A stretch of DNA of 64,000 nucleotides from Myxococcales bacterium (GCA_009692555.1 SHYY01000003.1:25937-89936), one strand, 5' to 3'. Positions 47,136-56,876 are shown, numbered from the stretch's first letter. Notes: generated from the sequence alone by a model not told the origin. Program-made: numbers and translations.

Positions 47136-49262
47136 GTGTCCGACGTCCGCGACCCTCCACCGCCGGCGAGGACGCTCGTCGTCGGGCTGGGGCTGATCGC
47201 GCTCCTGGCCGTCGCCTTCGGGACCCGGTTCGTCGCGACCTGGGGCGGGGCGCGGCTCGACGGTCAGTACGTCCTCTCCGCCGACAGCGACCCCTACTAC
47301 CACTTCCACCGTCTCACCTACCTCTACCACCAGCACGCGCCTCTGGTGGTGGACTACCACGCGGCCGCCCCGGCGCGCTTCGAGTGCGTATGGCCCGTGG
47401 CGCTCGAGTACATCGCTCTCTTGCTGGACCGCGCGGTCTTCGGCGCCGAGCGGGACCTCGAGTCGCTGCTGCTGATCGCCGGTTTCGTGCCGGTGCTGTT
47501 CGGGCTGGCGGCGATCCTGGCGGCGTTCGCCGCGTCGCTGCGGGCCACATCGCCGGGGGCCGCCCTTGCCGGCGCGGCCGCGCTCGCCATTGTGCCGGGA
47601 GCGATTCACGTCAGCTCGTTCTCGCTGTTCGACCATCATTGCGTCGAGCTGCTGATCGTTGTCGCGCTGCCCGCGATCGCCGCGCGCGCGCTGCTGGCGC
47701 ACCCCGCCGCGGCGGCGACCGGCGGGTTCGTCAGCCTCGGCCTGTCTGTTCTTGCGGCGGACGCGACCTACCTGGTCATGGCGAGCTTCGGGGCGAGCGC
47801 GTTGCTGCTCGCCCTGCGCGGCGGGGCGAACCCGGAGAGGGACCGCGGGCTGGCACCGTTTCTCGTCGGTGGGCTGGGCGGAGTGGTGAGTGCGTCCGCG
47901 CTCGAGGTGGCCCTCGGGCTGCCGCGGCTGCTCCCGCACGGCGGGAGGATCGGGCTGATGCTGGCCGTCGTCGGGGCGGGGCTGCTGGTCGGGGCGCGGG
48001 TCGGGCGACGCATCGCAGGGATCGCCTGCCTGCTGGTCGCAGCGCCGCTCACACTGCCTACCGTTCTGACCGCCGTCCGGTATCTCACGGCGACCGCCGA
48101 CGCGATCAGTCCGAACATCGCCGAGGCGATTCCGATCTGGCGGAACGTTCCTGCACCGCGGATCGCGGTCTACTGCGGCCTCGCGCTTCTCACAATCGTC
48201 CAGGCGTGGCGGCGGCGAGGCGACGCCAGAGAGGCATTTCCGTCGCTGGCGGCGGCTGGTGCCGCGGTGATCGGGCTGGTCCAGCGGAAGTACCTGTTCC
48301 TCCTCGGGGCGGCCGTGGCGTGGGCCATTTCGCGCACGGTCCACGATCTCGTGCCGGCCGCACCCGGGCGACGGCGACTGGCGGCGCAGTGCGCGATCGC
48401 GGTCGTTCTTTGCGGCGTGGTCGTCGAGCGGACGGGGCATGCCGTCGCCATCGCACCGTCGGACGTCTCGCCCGGCGACGTCGCCTTCGCCCGGCTTGCA
48501 CGCCTGATCGACCAGCGCCTCCCGCCGCAGACGCCGTTCGTTCCCGGATCGCGCCCGGCGTGGGCGATCGCGGTCGAGCCCTCGCTGGGACCGAGGGCGC
48601 TCCACCTCGGCGGGAGGGCGGTCACGGCGCTCCCGTTCTGGGGCACCCCCGAGCTGGCAGGACAGTTCCAGCGCACGCTCCTGGCCCTTCTGGCCGGCGA
48701 CGAGGCCGAGGCGCATCGCCTGCTCGATGGGCTGTCGGCCCGCTTTGTGTTGATTTCTGATCTCGAGCCGCTGCTCCCCTTCGTGATCGCCGCGACGGGG
48801 CGCCCCCCGGCCTCCTTCACCCGCCCGGAGGACGAGCGCGCCGCGATCCGCGGGGCCCTGTGGTACCGCCTCCACCACCTGCGGGGCGCAGCCTCCGAGG
48901 ACGGCGTCCCCGCGCTCGGTCGCTTCCGACTGGTCGCTTCGGCGGGCCATGGCACCGACGGTCTGGCGCTGTTCGAGCGGGTGCCCGGAGCGGAGATCGC
49001 GGGTACCGCTCCCCCCGGCGCGAGGGTGCTCCTGTTCGCCCGGATCCATTCTCCCGATGGCGAGGACTTCACGTGGGTCGCGACGGCTCCCACCGATGCC
49101 GCGGGCCGATTCGCGCTGCGAGTGCCCTATGCCACAGAGGAGGTCGGCGGGCGCGCCCACGCGGTGGAGCTTCGCGTGCGCTGCCCCGGGCGTGAGTTCG
49201 CCCTCGCCGTCCCCGAGAGCGCGGTGGCCAGCGGCTGGCGCGTCGCGGCAGACTGCTCGTGA
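47136..49262 (+). CDS. Large GT-C-like membrane protein, possibly STT3/AglB-related
   Basis: 708 aa. The N-terminal ~480 aa are multi-TM, with SADSDPYYHFHRL after TM1, resembling the DxD..YYH.R first-loop motif of STT3-type enzymes. The C-terminal part is a soluble domain. I could not find a WWDYG motif. Confidence 0.45.
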   Translation: MSDVRDPPPPARTLVVGLGLIALLAVAFGTRFVATWGGARLDGQYVLSADSDPYYHFHRLTYLYHQHAPLVVDYHAAAPARFECVWPVALEYIALLLDRAVFGAERDLESLLLIAGFVPVLFGLAAILAAFAASLRATSPGAALAGAAALAIVPGAIHVSSFSLFDHHCVELLIVVALPAIAARALLAHPAAAATGGFVSLGLSVLAADATYLVMASFGASALLLALRGGANPERDRGLAPFLVGGLGGVVSASALEVALGLPRLLPHGGRIGLMLAVVGAGLLVGARVGRRIAGIACLLVAAPLTLPTVLTAVRYLTATADAISPNIAEAIPIWRNVPAPRIAVYCGLALLTIVQAWRRRGDAREAFPSLAAAGAAVIGLVQRKYLFLLGAAVAWAISRTVHDLVPAAPGRRRLAAQCAIAVVLCGVVVERTGHAVAIAPSDVSPGDVAFARLARLIDQRLPPQTPFVPGSRPAWAIAVEPSLGPRALHLGGRAVTALPFWGTPELAGQFQRTLLALLAGDEAEAHRLLDGLSARFVLISDLEPLLPFVIAATGRPPASFTRPEDERAAIRGALWYRLHHLRGAASEDGVPALGRFRLVASAGHGTDGLALFERVPGAEIAGTAPPGARVLLFARIHSPDGEDFTWVATAPTDAAGRFALRVPYATEEVGGRAHAVELRVRCPGREFALAVPESAVASGWRVAADCS

Positions 49263-49313
49263 CCACCCACCGCGGGCACACGATGGCTGGCCCTGCGACG
49301 CGGGCTCAACCCG

Positions 49314-51308
49314 GTGGCGGTTGACAGCGGCATGTCGTCCGCGGAGCGTCAGCGCAGTTCCCGTCAGGCTCCAAGGGGTGCGGCGGTCGGGTGGCGCGGA
49401 ATCGCCGCGTGGGCGGGGCTGATCGTCGTCGGCGCGCTCGCGCTCTACGCGCCCTCCGTCGGCCACCCGTTCGTGATCGACGACTTCGCCTACATCGCGG
49501 AGAACCAGGCGGTGACCTCGGGCGCTCCGCTGCGCGACTACTTCCTCGAGCGCGCTACCACCGCTGGCGACGCCCACCTCGCGACTCAGTCCTACCGGCC
49601 CCTGCGAACGCTCGCGTTCCGGGCGGTGGTGCGCACCTTCGGGCTGCGCCCGGTGGCTTTCGGGTGGGCGAATCGGGCTCTCTACGCGCTGTCGATCATC
49701 GGAGTGCTCCTGGTAGCGCTGCGGGTCACCCGTGACGCCGCGGCTTCGCTCGTCGCCACGGCTCTCTGGGCCCTCGCGCCGGTCCATGTCGAACCGGTCC
49801 TCTATGCCTCGTCTCTCGGAGACCACCTGTCCCTGCTGCTCGAGCTCGGCGCCCTCGCGAGCGGTGCGTTCGTGATCGGTGGCGGCGCGCTGGCCAGGCC
49901 AGGGCACCCTCTGGCGCGGCCGGCAGGGGTACACACGGCGGCCCTGCTCGGGGCGGCGGCGCTGTCACTCGTGCTCGCTGCCCTGGCGATGCTGGCGAAG
50001 GAGATGGCGGTGACGGCGTGCGCACTGCTGGCGGCGTGGGCGCTCCGGGACGGCCCGCGCGCGCTCGTCCGACTGCGCACGGGGCTCCTGCTGATGGCCC
50101 ATGGGGCGTTGGCGATCGCCTGTGTGGGCGCGGGCGTGGCCGTCCGCGGCACCCCGCTCGGCCACGCGCCAATCGACGCCGCCAGCCTCGGGCACGGCGT
50201 GCGGCAGGCGCCGGTACTCCTGCTCGAATACGCCCGGCTGTACGTCGTCCCGCTCGGCCATCATCCCGGCTATGTGCTGCCCGAGCCATCGGTCGCCGTC
50301 TCGCTCGCTGCGCTCGCCGTTGTCGTTGCCCTGGCGCTGGCCACGTGGAGGGCGCGGCTCCCGGGGCTCGCCCTGGGCCTCGCCGGCTACGCGATCGCGC
50401 TCCTGCCGGTGCTGCAGCTCGTCCCGATCCTCGCCGATCTTGCGGACCGGTTCGCGCTGGTACCGTCGGTGGGCCTGGCACTGGCGACGGCAGCGCTGAT
50501 CACCGCGGCCCCGGATCGCCTCCGGGGCCTCGCGCTCGTGCCGTGCGCCTTCGCGCTCCTGCTTTTTGCCGCGGGCACCCTGGTCGAGCAGCGTGCGTGG
50601 TCGAGCGAGGAGGCGCTCTGGGCGCACTCCGTGGAGCTCGCCCCGGAGTCGGCGCAAGCCCATGCCAACCTGGGGGTGGTGCGGCTGGCCTCCGGGCAGG
50701 CCAGGGAGGCACTGGCGGAGCTCGATCGCGCGCGGGCGCTGGGCCGGCGGGCGGCGCCGCTCGAGTTCCGACGGGCGGTCGCCCTCCATGACCTTGGGCG
50801 CTTCGAGGAGGCGGCGCGGGCCGTCGAGGAGGCGCTCGCGCTCGATCCCCTCCACGGCGCGGCCCATGCGCTGAAGGGCGACCTGTCTCGTCGGCGGGGG
50901 CAGCTCGTGGAGGCGGCCACGGAGCTCGATCGGGCGCGCACGCTGTCTCCGCTTCATCCGTCGATCACGCTGCTCGCCGCGAACCTCGCCGAGGCGAATG
51001 GGCGCCCCCAAGACTCCGCGCGCGAGCTCTCGGAGCTGGTCGGGCGCTCCCCGGAAGTTCCGCGCTTCCAGTATCTCCTCGGTCGTGCCGCGCTGCTCGC
51101 CGGCGACGCCGGCCTGGCGCTCCGGGCGGCGGACGCCTGTCTCGCGCTCGACCACGCGCAGCCCCAGTGCCGCTGCATCCGGGGGCGCGCTCTGACGGTC
51201 ACCGGGCGGGTCGACGAGGCGCGCGTCGCGCTGGATCAGGCGCTCGCGGCTCTCGACGACGGTCCCGAACGTGCGGCGTGCGAGGAGGCGCGGCGTCGGC
51301 TGCCATGA
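49314..51308 (+). CDS. TMTC-like GT-C-fold membrane protein with C-terminal TPR repeats
   Basis: 664 aa with HPFVIDD...SYRPLRTLAF in the first loop. It has about 10 TM helices and at least 6 clear TPR-like repeats at the C-terminus. The start may be the ATG at 49332. Confidence 0.7.
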   Translation: MAVDSGMSSAERQRSSRQAPRGAAVGWRGIAAWAGLIVVGALALYAPSVGHPFVIDDFAYIAENQAVTSGAPLRDYFLERATTAGDAHLATQSYRPLRTLAFRAVVRTFGLRPVAFGWANRALYALSIIGVLLVALRVTRDAAASLVATALWALAPVHVEPVLYASSLGDHLSLLLELGALASGAFVIGGGALARPGHPLARPAGVHTAALLGAAALSLVLAALAMLAKEMAVTACALLAAWALRDGPRALVRLRTGLLLMAHGALAIACVGAGVAVRGTPLGHAPIDAASLGHGVRQAPVLLLEYARLYVVPLGHHPGYVLPEPSVAVSLAALAVVVALALATWRARLPGLALGLAGYAIALLPVLQLVPILADLADRFALVPSVGLALATAALITAAPDRLRGLALVPCAFALLLFAAGTLVEQRAWSSEEALWAHSVELAPESAQAHANLGVVRLASGQAREALAELDRARALGRRAAPLEFRRAVALHDLGRFEEAARAVEEALALDPLHGAAHALKGDLSRRRGQLVEAATELDRARTLSPLHPSITLLAANLAEANGRPQDSARELSELVGRSPEVPRFQYLLGRAALLAGDAGLALRAADACLALDHAQPQCRCIRGRALTVTGRVDEARVALDQALAALDDGPERAACEEARRRLP

Positions 51309-51402
51309 GCGTGCTCGCGGGGCTCGCCGGCAATCGCCGGCGTGCAGCAAGCTCGGAGCGCAACGGTCCAGGAGTCACTCGCCACCCCGCTCGCCGGGAG
51401 GC

Positions 51403-53550
51403 TTATTCCAGGAAGACTGCGAGGAGGCTCGATCGGTCGTCGGTCCACTCGACGGCCGGGTGATCGCCGAGCGGGCTCCATCCGTCTTCGAGGAGCGCGG
51501 CGATCGGCGCGGCGGCGGGCGACAGAGCGACCACCGTGTTCGGCGCCACCCCCTGCTTTTCCAGTGCCTCGTCCGGAACGAACCGCCTGAGCGCGGCGTG
51601 TAGACCGAGTCGGCGCGCGGTCGCGCGGAGCACGCGCGCGAGATCGAGGTAGCGGTTGCTGACGTGGACCAGCAGCACGCCGTCCGGGGCGAGCCTCGCG
51701 ACGTAGAGCGCGACCGCCTCGACCGTGAGGAGGTGCAGGGGCACCGCATCCCCGCTGAAGGCGTCGACCACCAGCAGGTCGGAGGAGGTGGCCGGCGCCC
51801 GCTTCAGCGTCAGGCGCGCATCGCCCACCACCACGTCGACCGTGCCGCGGCTGTCGCGGAGGAAGGTGAACCAGCGCCGCGCCATCTCCTCGACCAGCGG
51901 ATCGATCTCGTAGTAGGTCATGCTCTGGCCGGGAGAGAGCAGGGCGGCGAGGGCGCCCGTGCCGAGGCCGACGACGGCGATCCGGGCGCCCGGCCGCTGG
52001 CGAAGCACCGCCGCTCCCATCGGCGTTCGCGGGTGGTAGTAGCTCCCCGGCGTGCTGCTCGGCGGGTCGATCATCTGGACGCCGTGCTCGGTCATGCCAT
52101 GCATCAGCCGCCGCTGGGTCTTTCCTTCGGCGACCCGCAGCACGCCAAAGAAGCTCCGGCGGGCCTCGAGGATCCGCACCTCGTGATGCAGCCCCAGCAC
52201 GGCGAAGAGCCCGACCAGCGCGCACGCGAACAGGAAGCGCTCGGGCCGCTTCCACGCCAGCAGCCCGGCCAACAGGACCACGAGCGGAAGCATCTCACCG
52301 ACGGCGCGAGCGTCGGCATCGGCGGTCCGGATGAGGAGGAGGGCGACGGCGAGGACGGCTGCCATGGCGGCCGGCGCGAGGTAGCTCGTGCGGCGCCGGA
52401 GTGCGCCGAGAAGCGCCGCGCCGCGATCCTCCTTCAACGCGAGCACCACGGCGACCAGCACCAGCGCCAGCGGGTACTCGAGGAGATCGTCGAACACGAG
52501 CGGCGCGGCGAGGCTGCCGAGTAGACCGCCCAGGACTCCGCCGAGCGCGACCCACAGGTAGAACTCGGTCAGCCGGTCGGGCGGCGGGCGATCGCGCGCC
52601 AGGTCGGCGTGGCAGATCCAGCAGCCGAGGAAGAGCGCCCCGAGCGGCGGCATCAACTCGCGAAACAGCGAACCCGCGAGCAGCCAGGGCCACGGCACGA
52701 TCGCGAGGGTGATGAACATCATCGCGAAGGGCTCGATCTTCGCGCGCGGGTAGGGGAGCCACGCGAGGAAGGCGAGGATGAAGCTGAGCAGGTAGAGCCC
52801 GAGCGGGACGGTCCACAGGAGCGGAACGGGAGCGAGATCGGTGGTGATCCGCTGCGAGACGGCGAGCAGCAGCAGCGACGGCACGGCCGGGAGGAGCAGC
52901 CAGCGAAGGCGGCGCGACCAGGCGATCGATGCGCTCGGCGCCGCGCGTGGGATCGCTGATCGTTTTCCGGCCAGGGCGGCCACCATCGCGAGCACGGTGA
53001 TCGCGACGAAGCCCAGGTAGCCGACGGTGAAGAGCCGCCGCTGCCACGCGAGGCCGATCAGCGGCTCGATCACGAAGGGATAGGCGAGCAGCGCGACGAG
53101 CGAGCCGGCGTTCGAGGCCGCGTAGAGGAAGTAGGGCTCGCGGCCCGAGCGAAGCGCGTACCAGCGCTGGACAAGGCTGCTGTTGGCCGAGAGCACGAGG
53201 AACGGGGGGCCGATCGCCGCCCCGAGGGCCGCGAGGAGCGGGAGAACTGGCCACTCGCCGGGACCGGGCAGGAAGCGCTCCGAGAGCGCCAGCGGGAGGG
53301 CGAGCAGCGACCCGAGGAGGAGGACGAGATGGAGCGCCATCTGCGTGCGCGTGCCGAGGAGGCTCCCACCGTGGCTGTAGGCGTATCCGCACAGGAGGAG
53401 CGCCTGGAAGAACAGGAGGCAGGTGTTCCAGATCGCCGGGCCCCCGCCGAACCACGGGAGGATCATCTTCGCGATCATCGGCTCGACGGTGAAGAGCAGG
53501 AACGAGCTGACGAGGATCGCGCCGGCCAGGACCGCGGAGGCGAAGCGCAC
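51403..53550 (-). CDS. Fused polytopic membrane domain / spermidine-synthase-like protein (paralog of 53..2191)
   Basis: 715 aa, collinear with the window-start gene. It shares FLLFTVEPMIAKMILPWFGG, CWICHADLARDRPP and VVGLGTGALAALL...DLLVVDAFSGD...GVLLVHVSN. Confidence 0.8.
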   Translation of the reverse strand: MRFASAVLAGAILVSSFLLFTVEPMIAKMILPWFGGGPAIWNTCLLFFQALLLCGYAYSHGGSLLGTRTQMALHLVLLLGSLLALPLALSERFLPGPGEWPVLPLLAALGAAIGPPFLVLSANSSLVQRWYALRSGREPYFLYAASNAGSLVALLAYPFVIEPLIGLAWQRRLFTVGYLGFVAITVLAMVAALAGKRSAIPRAAPSASIAWSRRLRWLLLPAVPSLLLLAVSQRITTDLAPVPLLWTVPLGLYLLSFILAFLAWLPYPRAKIEPFAMMFITLAIVPWPWLLAGSLFRELMPPLGALFLGCWICHADLARDRPPPDRLTEFYLWVALGGVLGGLLGSLAAPLVFDDLLEYPLALVLVAVVLALKEDRGAALLGALRRRTSYLAPAAMAAVLAVALLLIRTADADARAVGEMLPLVVLLAGLLAWKRPERFLFACALVGLFAVLGLHHEVRILEARRSFFGVLRVAEGKTQRRLMHGMTEHGVQMIDPPSSTPGSYYHPRTPMGAAVLRQRPGARIAVVGLGTGALAALLSPGQSMTYYEIDPLVEEMARRWFTFLRDSRGTVDVVVGDARLTLKRAPATSSDLLVVDAFSGDAVPLHLLTVEAVALYVARLAPDGVLLVHVSNRYLDLARVLRATARRLGLHAALRRFVPDEALEKQGVAPNTVVALSPAAAPIAALLEDGWSPLGDHPAVEWTDDRSSLLAVFLE

Positions 53551-53623
53551 GCGCGAATCCTACCATGGTGGGCGAGGGCCGCCCGCTTGCCGCCTCCGTC
53601 GGGGACATGCTAGAAAACGGCTC

Positions 53624-55063
53624 TTGGCGCACGAGAAACGGTGGCCCGGGGCGTGGGCGGCGGGGCGGTGTGCCGCTCTCCTGGGCGTGGTGCTGGTCGT
53701 CTCGGTGTGCCGGATCGTCGAGCACGACACGCCGTGGCTGCTGCGGGCGGGCGAGGAGATCCTGCGCACCCGGTCGCTGCCGCGTCTCGATCCGTTCTCC
53801 TACACCTCGCAGCAGGAGTGGCTGAACCACGAGTGGCTGGCCGAGGTGCTGCTGGCGGCGACGCACCGGCTGGGCGGGCTGCTCGGCCTCGGGCTGCTCC
53901 AGGGAATCGTGTGCGCGGCGACGGTCGGCCTGCTGGTGTGGGCCCGCCCACGCGGCGACGAGAATCGCGATCCACTCGCCGGGTTTGCGCCGGTCGCCTT
54001 CGCGGCGGCGGCGGCGATCCTGCGCGAGGCCGCCTCGCCGCGCGCCCAGCTGTTCGCTAATTTGCTGTTTGCCGCCACGTTGGCGGTTGCCCTTCGCTCG
54101 GCCAGGGCACGCCAGGGTGGTGGTTCCGCGCGCATGGCCGCGGCGCTGGCGATCGGGCTCGCCCTCACCCAGGTCCACGGAGGAAACCCGAACGTGGCCA
54201 TCCTCTTCGGCCTGCTATTTCTCTCCGCTCCGTCGCTGCGGAACGCCCTGATGGCGCTCGCGGCCGCGGCGCTGACGTGCGCCGGGCCCTACGGCTACCA
54301 CGTCCACGAGCACTTCCTGCGCGGACAGGACACCCTGCCGGTGTTCCACGAGTGGCGCCCGCTCTCGTTTGCGGTGAGCGAGGGCTCGCCGATCCTGATC
54401 GGCTTCCTGGTGCTGGACCTCGCGGCGTTCGGCGCGCTCCTCCATCGCCACCGACGGGGCGAGAACATCCGCTTCGAGGCGCTGGCGCTGCTCTTCTTCA
54501 GCGCGGCGGCGGCGCGCTACGTGCGGTTCTCGTCGGAGGCGTCGATGGTCGCGGCGGTGGTGCTCGCCCCGGCCCTGGCGCGGATCCGCCCCGGGCGCGC
54601 CGGCATCCTCGGGCTCGCCGCCGCCCTCGCGCTCCTCGTCGCTGTGCTGCCGCTGTCGGCGCGCGGGATCGGGATCGGCTTCGAGGCGGATCGATTTCCG
54701 ATCGCCGCGGTCGAGTTCCTGCGCGCGCAGCACCCGCCAGGGCCGATGTTCAACAGCTACGGCTATGGCGGCTACCTCATGTGGGCATGGCCCGAAGAGC
54801 GGGTTTTCATCGACGGGCGCGCCTTCACGGTCTACCCGGCCGATCGCATCGGCGATCTGCTCGCGGTGTACGACGATCCTCCGCGCTTTCGTGAGCTCGA
54901 ACGCCGCTTCGGATTTCGTCTCGCCGTGCTGCAACGCAGCGGTCGCGGCGCCGCGCTCGTCGAGGAGCTGCGGAAGCGCGCCGACTGGCGGATCGTCCAC
55001 GAGGACGCGGTGGCGACGGTGCTGGTGCGCGACGCAGGACCCGCGGACCCGCCTGCCCGATGA
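53624..55063 (+). CDS. Polytopic membrane protein, GT-C-like (family not resolved)
   Basis: The long ORF frame from 53423 overlaps the divergent gene, so the start is tentatively moved to TTG 53624, before a basic stretch and the first TM. It has about 11 TM helices. The C-terminal soluble tail is FNSYGYGGYLMWAWPEERVFIDGR... Confidence 0.45.
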   Translation: MAHEKRWPGAWAAGRCAALLGVVLVVSVCRIVEHDTPWLLRAGEEILRTRSLPRLDPFSYTSQQEWLNHEWLAEVLLAATHRLGGLLGLGLLQGIVCAATVGLLVWARPRGDENRDPLAGFAPVAFAAAAAILREAASPRAQLFANLLFAATLAVALRSARARQGGGSARMAAALAIGLALTQVHGGNPNVAILFGLLFLSAPSLRNALMALAAAALTCAGPYGYHVHEHFLRGQDTLPVFHEWRPLSFAVSEGSPILIGFLVLDLAAFGALLHRHRRGENIRFEALALLFFSAAAARYVRFSSEASMVAAVVLAPALARIRPGRAGILGLAAALALLVAVLPLSARGIGIGFEADRFPIAAVEFLRAQHPPGPMFNSYGYGGYLMWAWPEERVFIDGRAFTVYPADRIGDLLAVYDDPPRFRELERRFGFRLAVLQRSGRGAALVEELRKRADWRIVHEDAVATVLVRDAGPADPPAR

Positions 55064-55281
55064 TGCACCAGACATTTCCGCGCCGCGGCATTTCCGCGCG
55101 GCGAACTCGACAGCCGACCGGCGCTTGAAGTAGCCTCCCGACCATGGGGGATCGACGACCTCCTCGCCGCTCCGGCGAACTGTGCCATCCACGATGTGCC
55201 CCCGCCCGCCGCCGCGGCACCATCGACGACGGAGATCTCGCCCGGGCGCCCCGGGCGTGGACGGTTGTGGCAGCCTGACGC

Positions 55282-56370
55282 ATGCGCCCCGCTGTCCGCT
55301 CGGCCGCAATCGACGCGCTGCGAGGGGTGGCGATCCTGCTCGTGCTTGGCCGGCACATTCCGGAGGTGTTGCAGCTCCCGGCCGTGGTGCACACTGCCCT
55401 GGCCGAGTGGCGGCGGTTCGGCTGGATTGGGGTGGACCTGTTCTTCGTGCTGAGCGGGTTCCTGGTGAGCGGGCTGCTGTTCCGGGAGCATCAGCGGCAC
55501 GGCCGCCTCTTCGCCGGACGTTTTCTGATCCGGCGCGGCTTCAAGATCTACCCCGGATTCTACCTCCTGCTCTTTGCCACCTGGCTGGTTCTCGGCCGAT
55601 GGCTGCCTCCGCACGCGCTGCTCTCGGAGGGGCTGTTCGTGCAGAACTACTGGCTGAGCGCGTGGGCCCACACCTAGTCCCTCGCCATCGAGGAGCACTT
55701 TTACCTCGTGCTGGTCGCGCTGTGCGCGCTGCTGGCTCGGGCGCGCGGGTCGTCCGGCGATCCGTTCCGGGTGATCCCGCGCCTGTTCGTCGTGGTCGGC
55801 GTCTTCGTGCTGCTCCTGCGCGTCGCCAACTACGCCATCGTTCCCTATTCACACACGACGCACCTGATACCGACCCACCTCCGGATCGACGGGCTTCTGT
55901 TCGGCGTGGCCCTCTGCTACGGGTGGACCTACCATCGGGCGTCCGTCGAGGCGCGGCTGCATCGTCGCGGCGCCCTCCTCGCGGCATCCATCGCGCTGCT
56001 GCTGCCGAGTCTGCTACTCGATATCGAGCGGGACTGGGCAGTCAGCACCGTCGGCCTGACCCTCAACTACCTGGGCTTCGGCGGGATCCTGCTGCTCGCG
56101 ATCAGCGCGCCCCCGTCGAGCGGAACGCTGCGGAGGCATCTGGTCGCCGTGGTGGCGCGGATCGGCTTCTACTCCTACTCGATCTACCTGTGGCACCTCC
56201 TGATGCTGGTGTTTGCCGAGATGGTGCGTCGGCACCTGGGCGATGTCGCCACGCTCGGCCTCTACCTCCTCCTCAGCGTCGCCGGCGGCATGGTCCTCGG
56301 CAGGGTGATCGAGGGTCCGTTCCTGGCGCTGCGCGACCGTCTCTTTCCGTCGCGGTCGGGGGTGGATTGA
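55282..56370 (+). pseudogene. Acyltransferase-3 (OafA/YrhL-like) family gene with an in-frame TAG
   Basis: The 55282..55677 ORF ends ...LSAWAHT*. The same frame continues SLAIEEHFYLVLVAL... to 56370. The family motif at this point is H-x-W-S-L-x-x-E-E-x-F-Y, so TAG (55675-55677) replaces the conserved Trp codon TGG. Confidence 0.75.
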
Positions 56371-56494
56371 CGCCCGCTACCGCAGGTGGCCGGGGGCGAC
56401 GATCGGGCCACCACGGCGATCGGGCCAGGGTTATGATTCGGCCGGCCGGCGGGTGCTTGACAGCGGAGGGGGCCCTCTTGCTGGCTCTTGCTCG

Positions 56495-56779
56495 TCACGT
56501 AGTCGTAGTCGTAGTCGTAGTCGTAGTCGTAGTCGTCCCGTCCGCGGCGACGGCAATCGAACTTCCTCCCGCAACAAATTCCTCCTGCCAACCGACCCCC
56601 CTGGCCACAAAGGAGGATGCCCATGCTGGCCTACCAGAAGCTCGACGTCACAGGCCATGGAGTTGCTGACCCGCATCGTGGAGATGCTCACGCGCATGTG
56701 CCGGGGAGGTGATCCCCCGCGCGCGAGTGCCCCTGAATCGACTACGACTACGACTACGACTACGACTACGACTACGTGA
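56495..56779. repeat. Perfect ~40-bp inverted repeat built from hexamers, (GTAGTC)6 ... (GACTAC)6, enclosing a 203-nt loop
   Basis: The left arm 56495-56535 is exactly complementary to the right arm 56739-56779. The loop contains AGGAGG-N6-ATG and a broken four-helix-bundle-protein-like reading frame. Confidence 0.9.
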
Positions 56780-56876
56780 GCGGAGGGACCCCCTTCGCCG
56801 TTAAGCACCCCCGGCCGCCCGGCCGGCTGCCGGGCCGGCTCGACAGGCGCGGTGCGGTTGAGGTAGCCTCTCGGCC

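Noticed and set aside
47097-49934. A 945-aa minus-strand ORF and several plus-strand alternative frames over the STT3-like gene.
   Set aside because: It is antisense to a strongly hydrophobic multi-TM ORF, and its product is Arg/Glu/Pro/Gly-rich with no TM or domain logic.
53423-53623. The first 67 codons of the listed ORF 53423..55063.
   Set aside because: They overlap the 5' end of the divergent spermidine-synthase-like gene and encode a non-hydrophobic, Arg-rich leader. A later start (TTG 53624) before the first TM is more plausible, though unproven.
56431-56808. ORFs through the hexamer repeats (56431..56808 -, 56453..56779 +, 56262..56624 -), giving poly-Val, poly-Thr, poly-Arg-Ser and poly-Asp-Tyr tracts.
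   Set aside because: They exist only because the (GTAGTC)n repeats lack stops in several frames. Reading frames on both strands are equally open, and there are no domains except the broken four-helix-bundle remnant.
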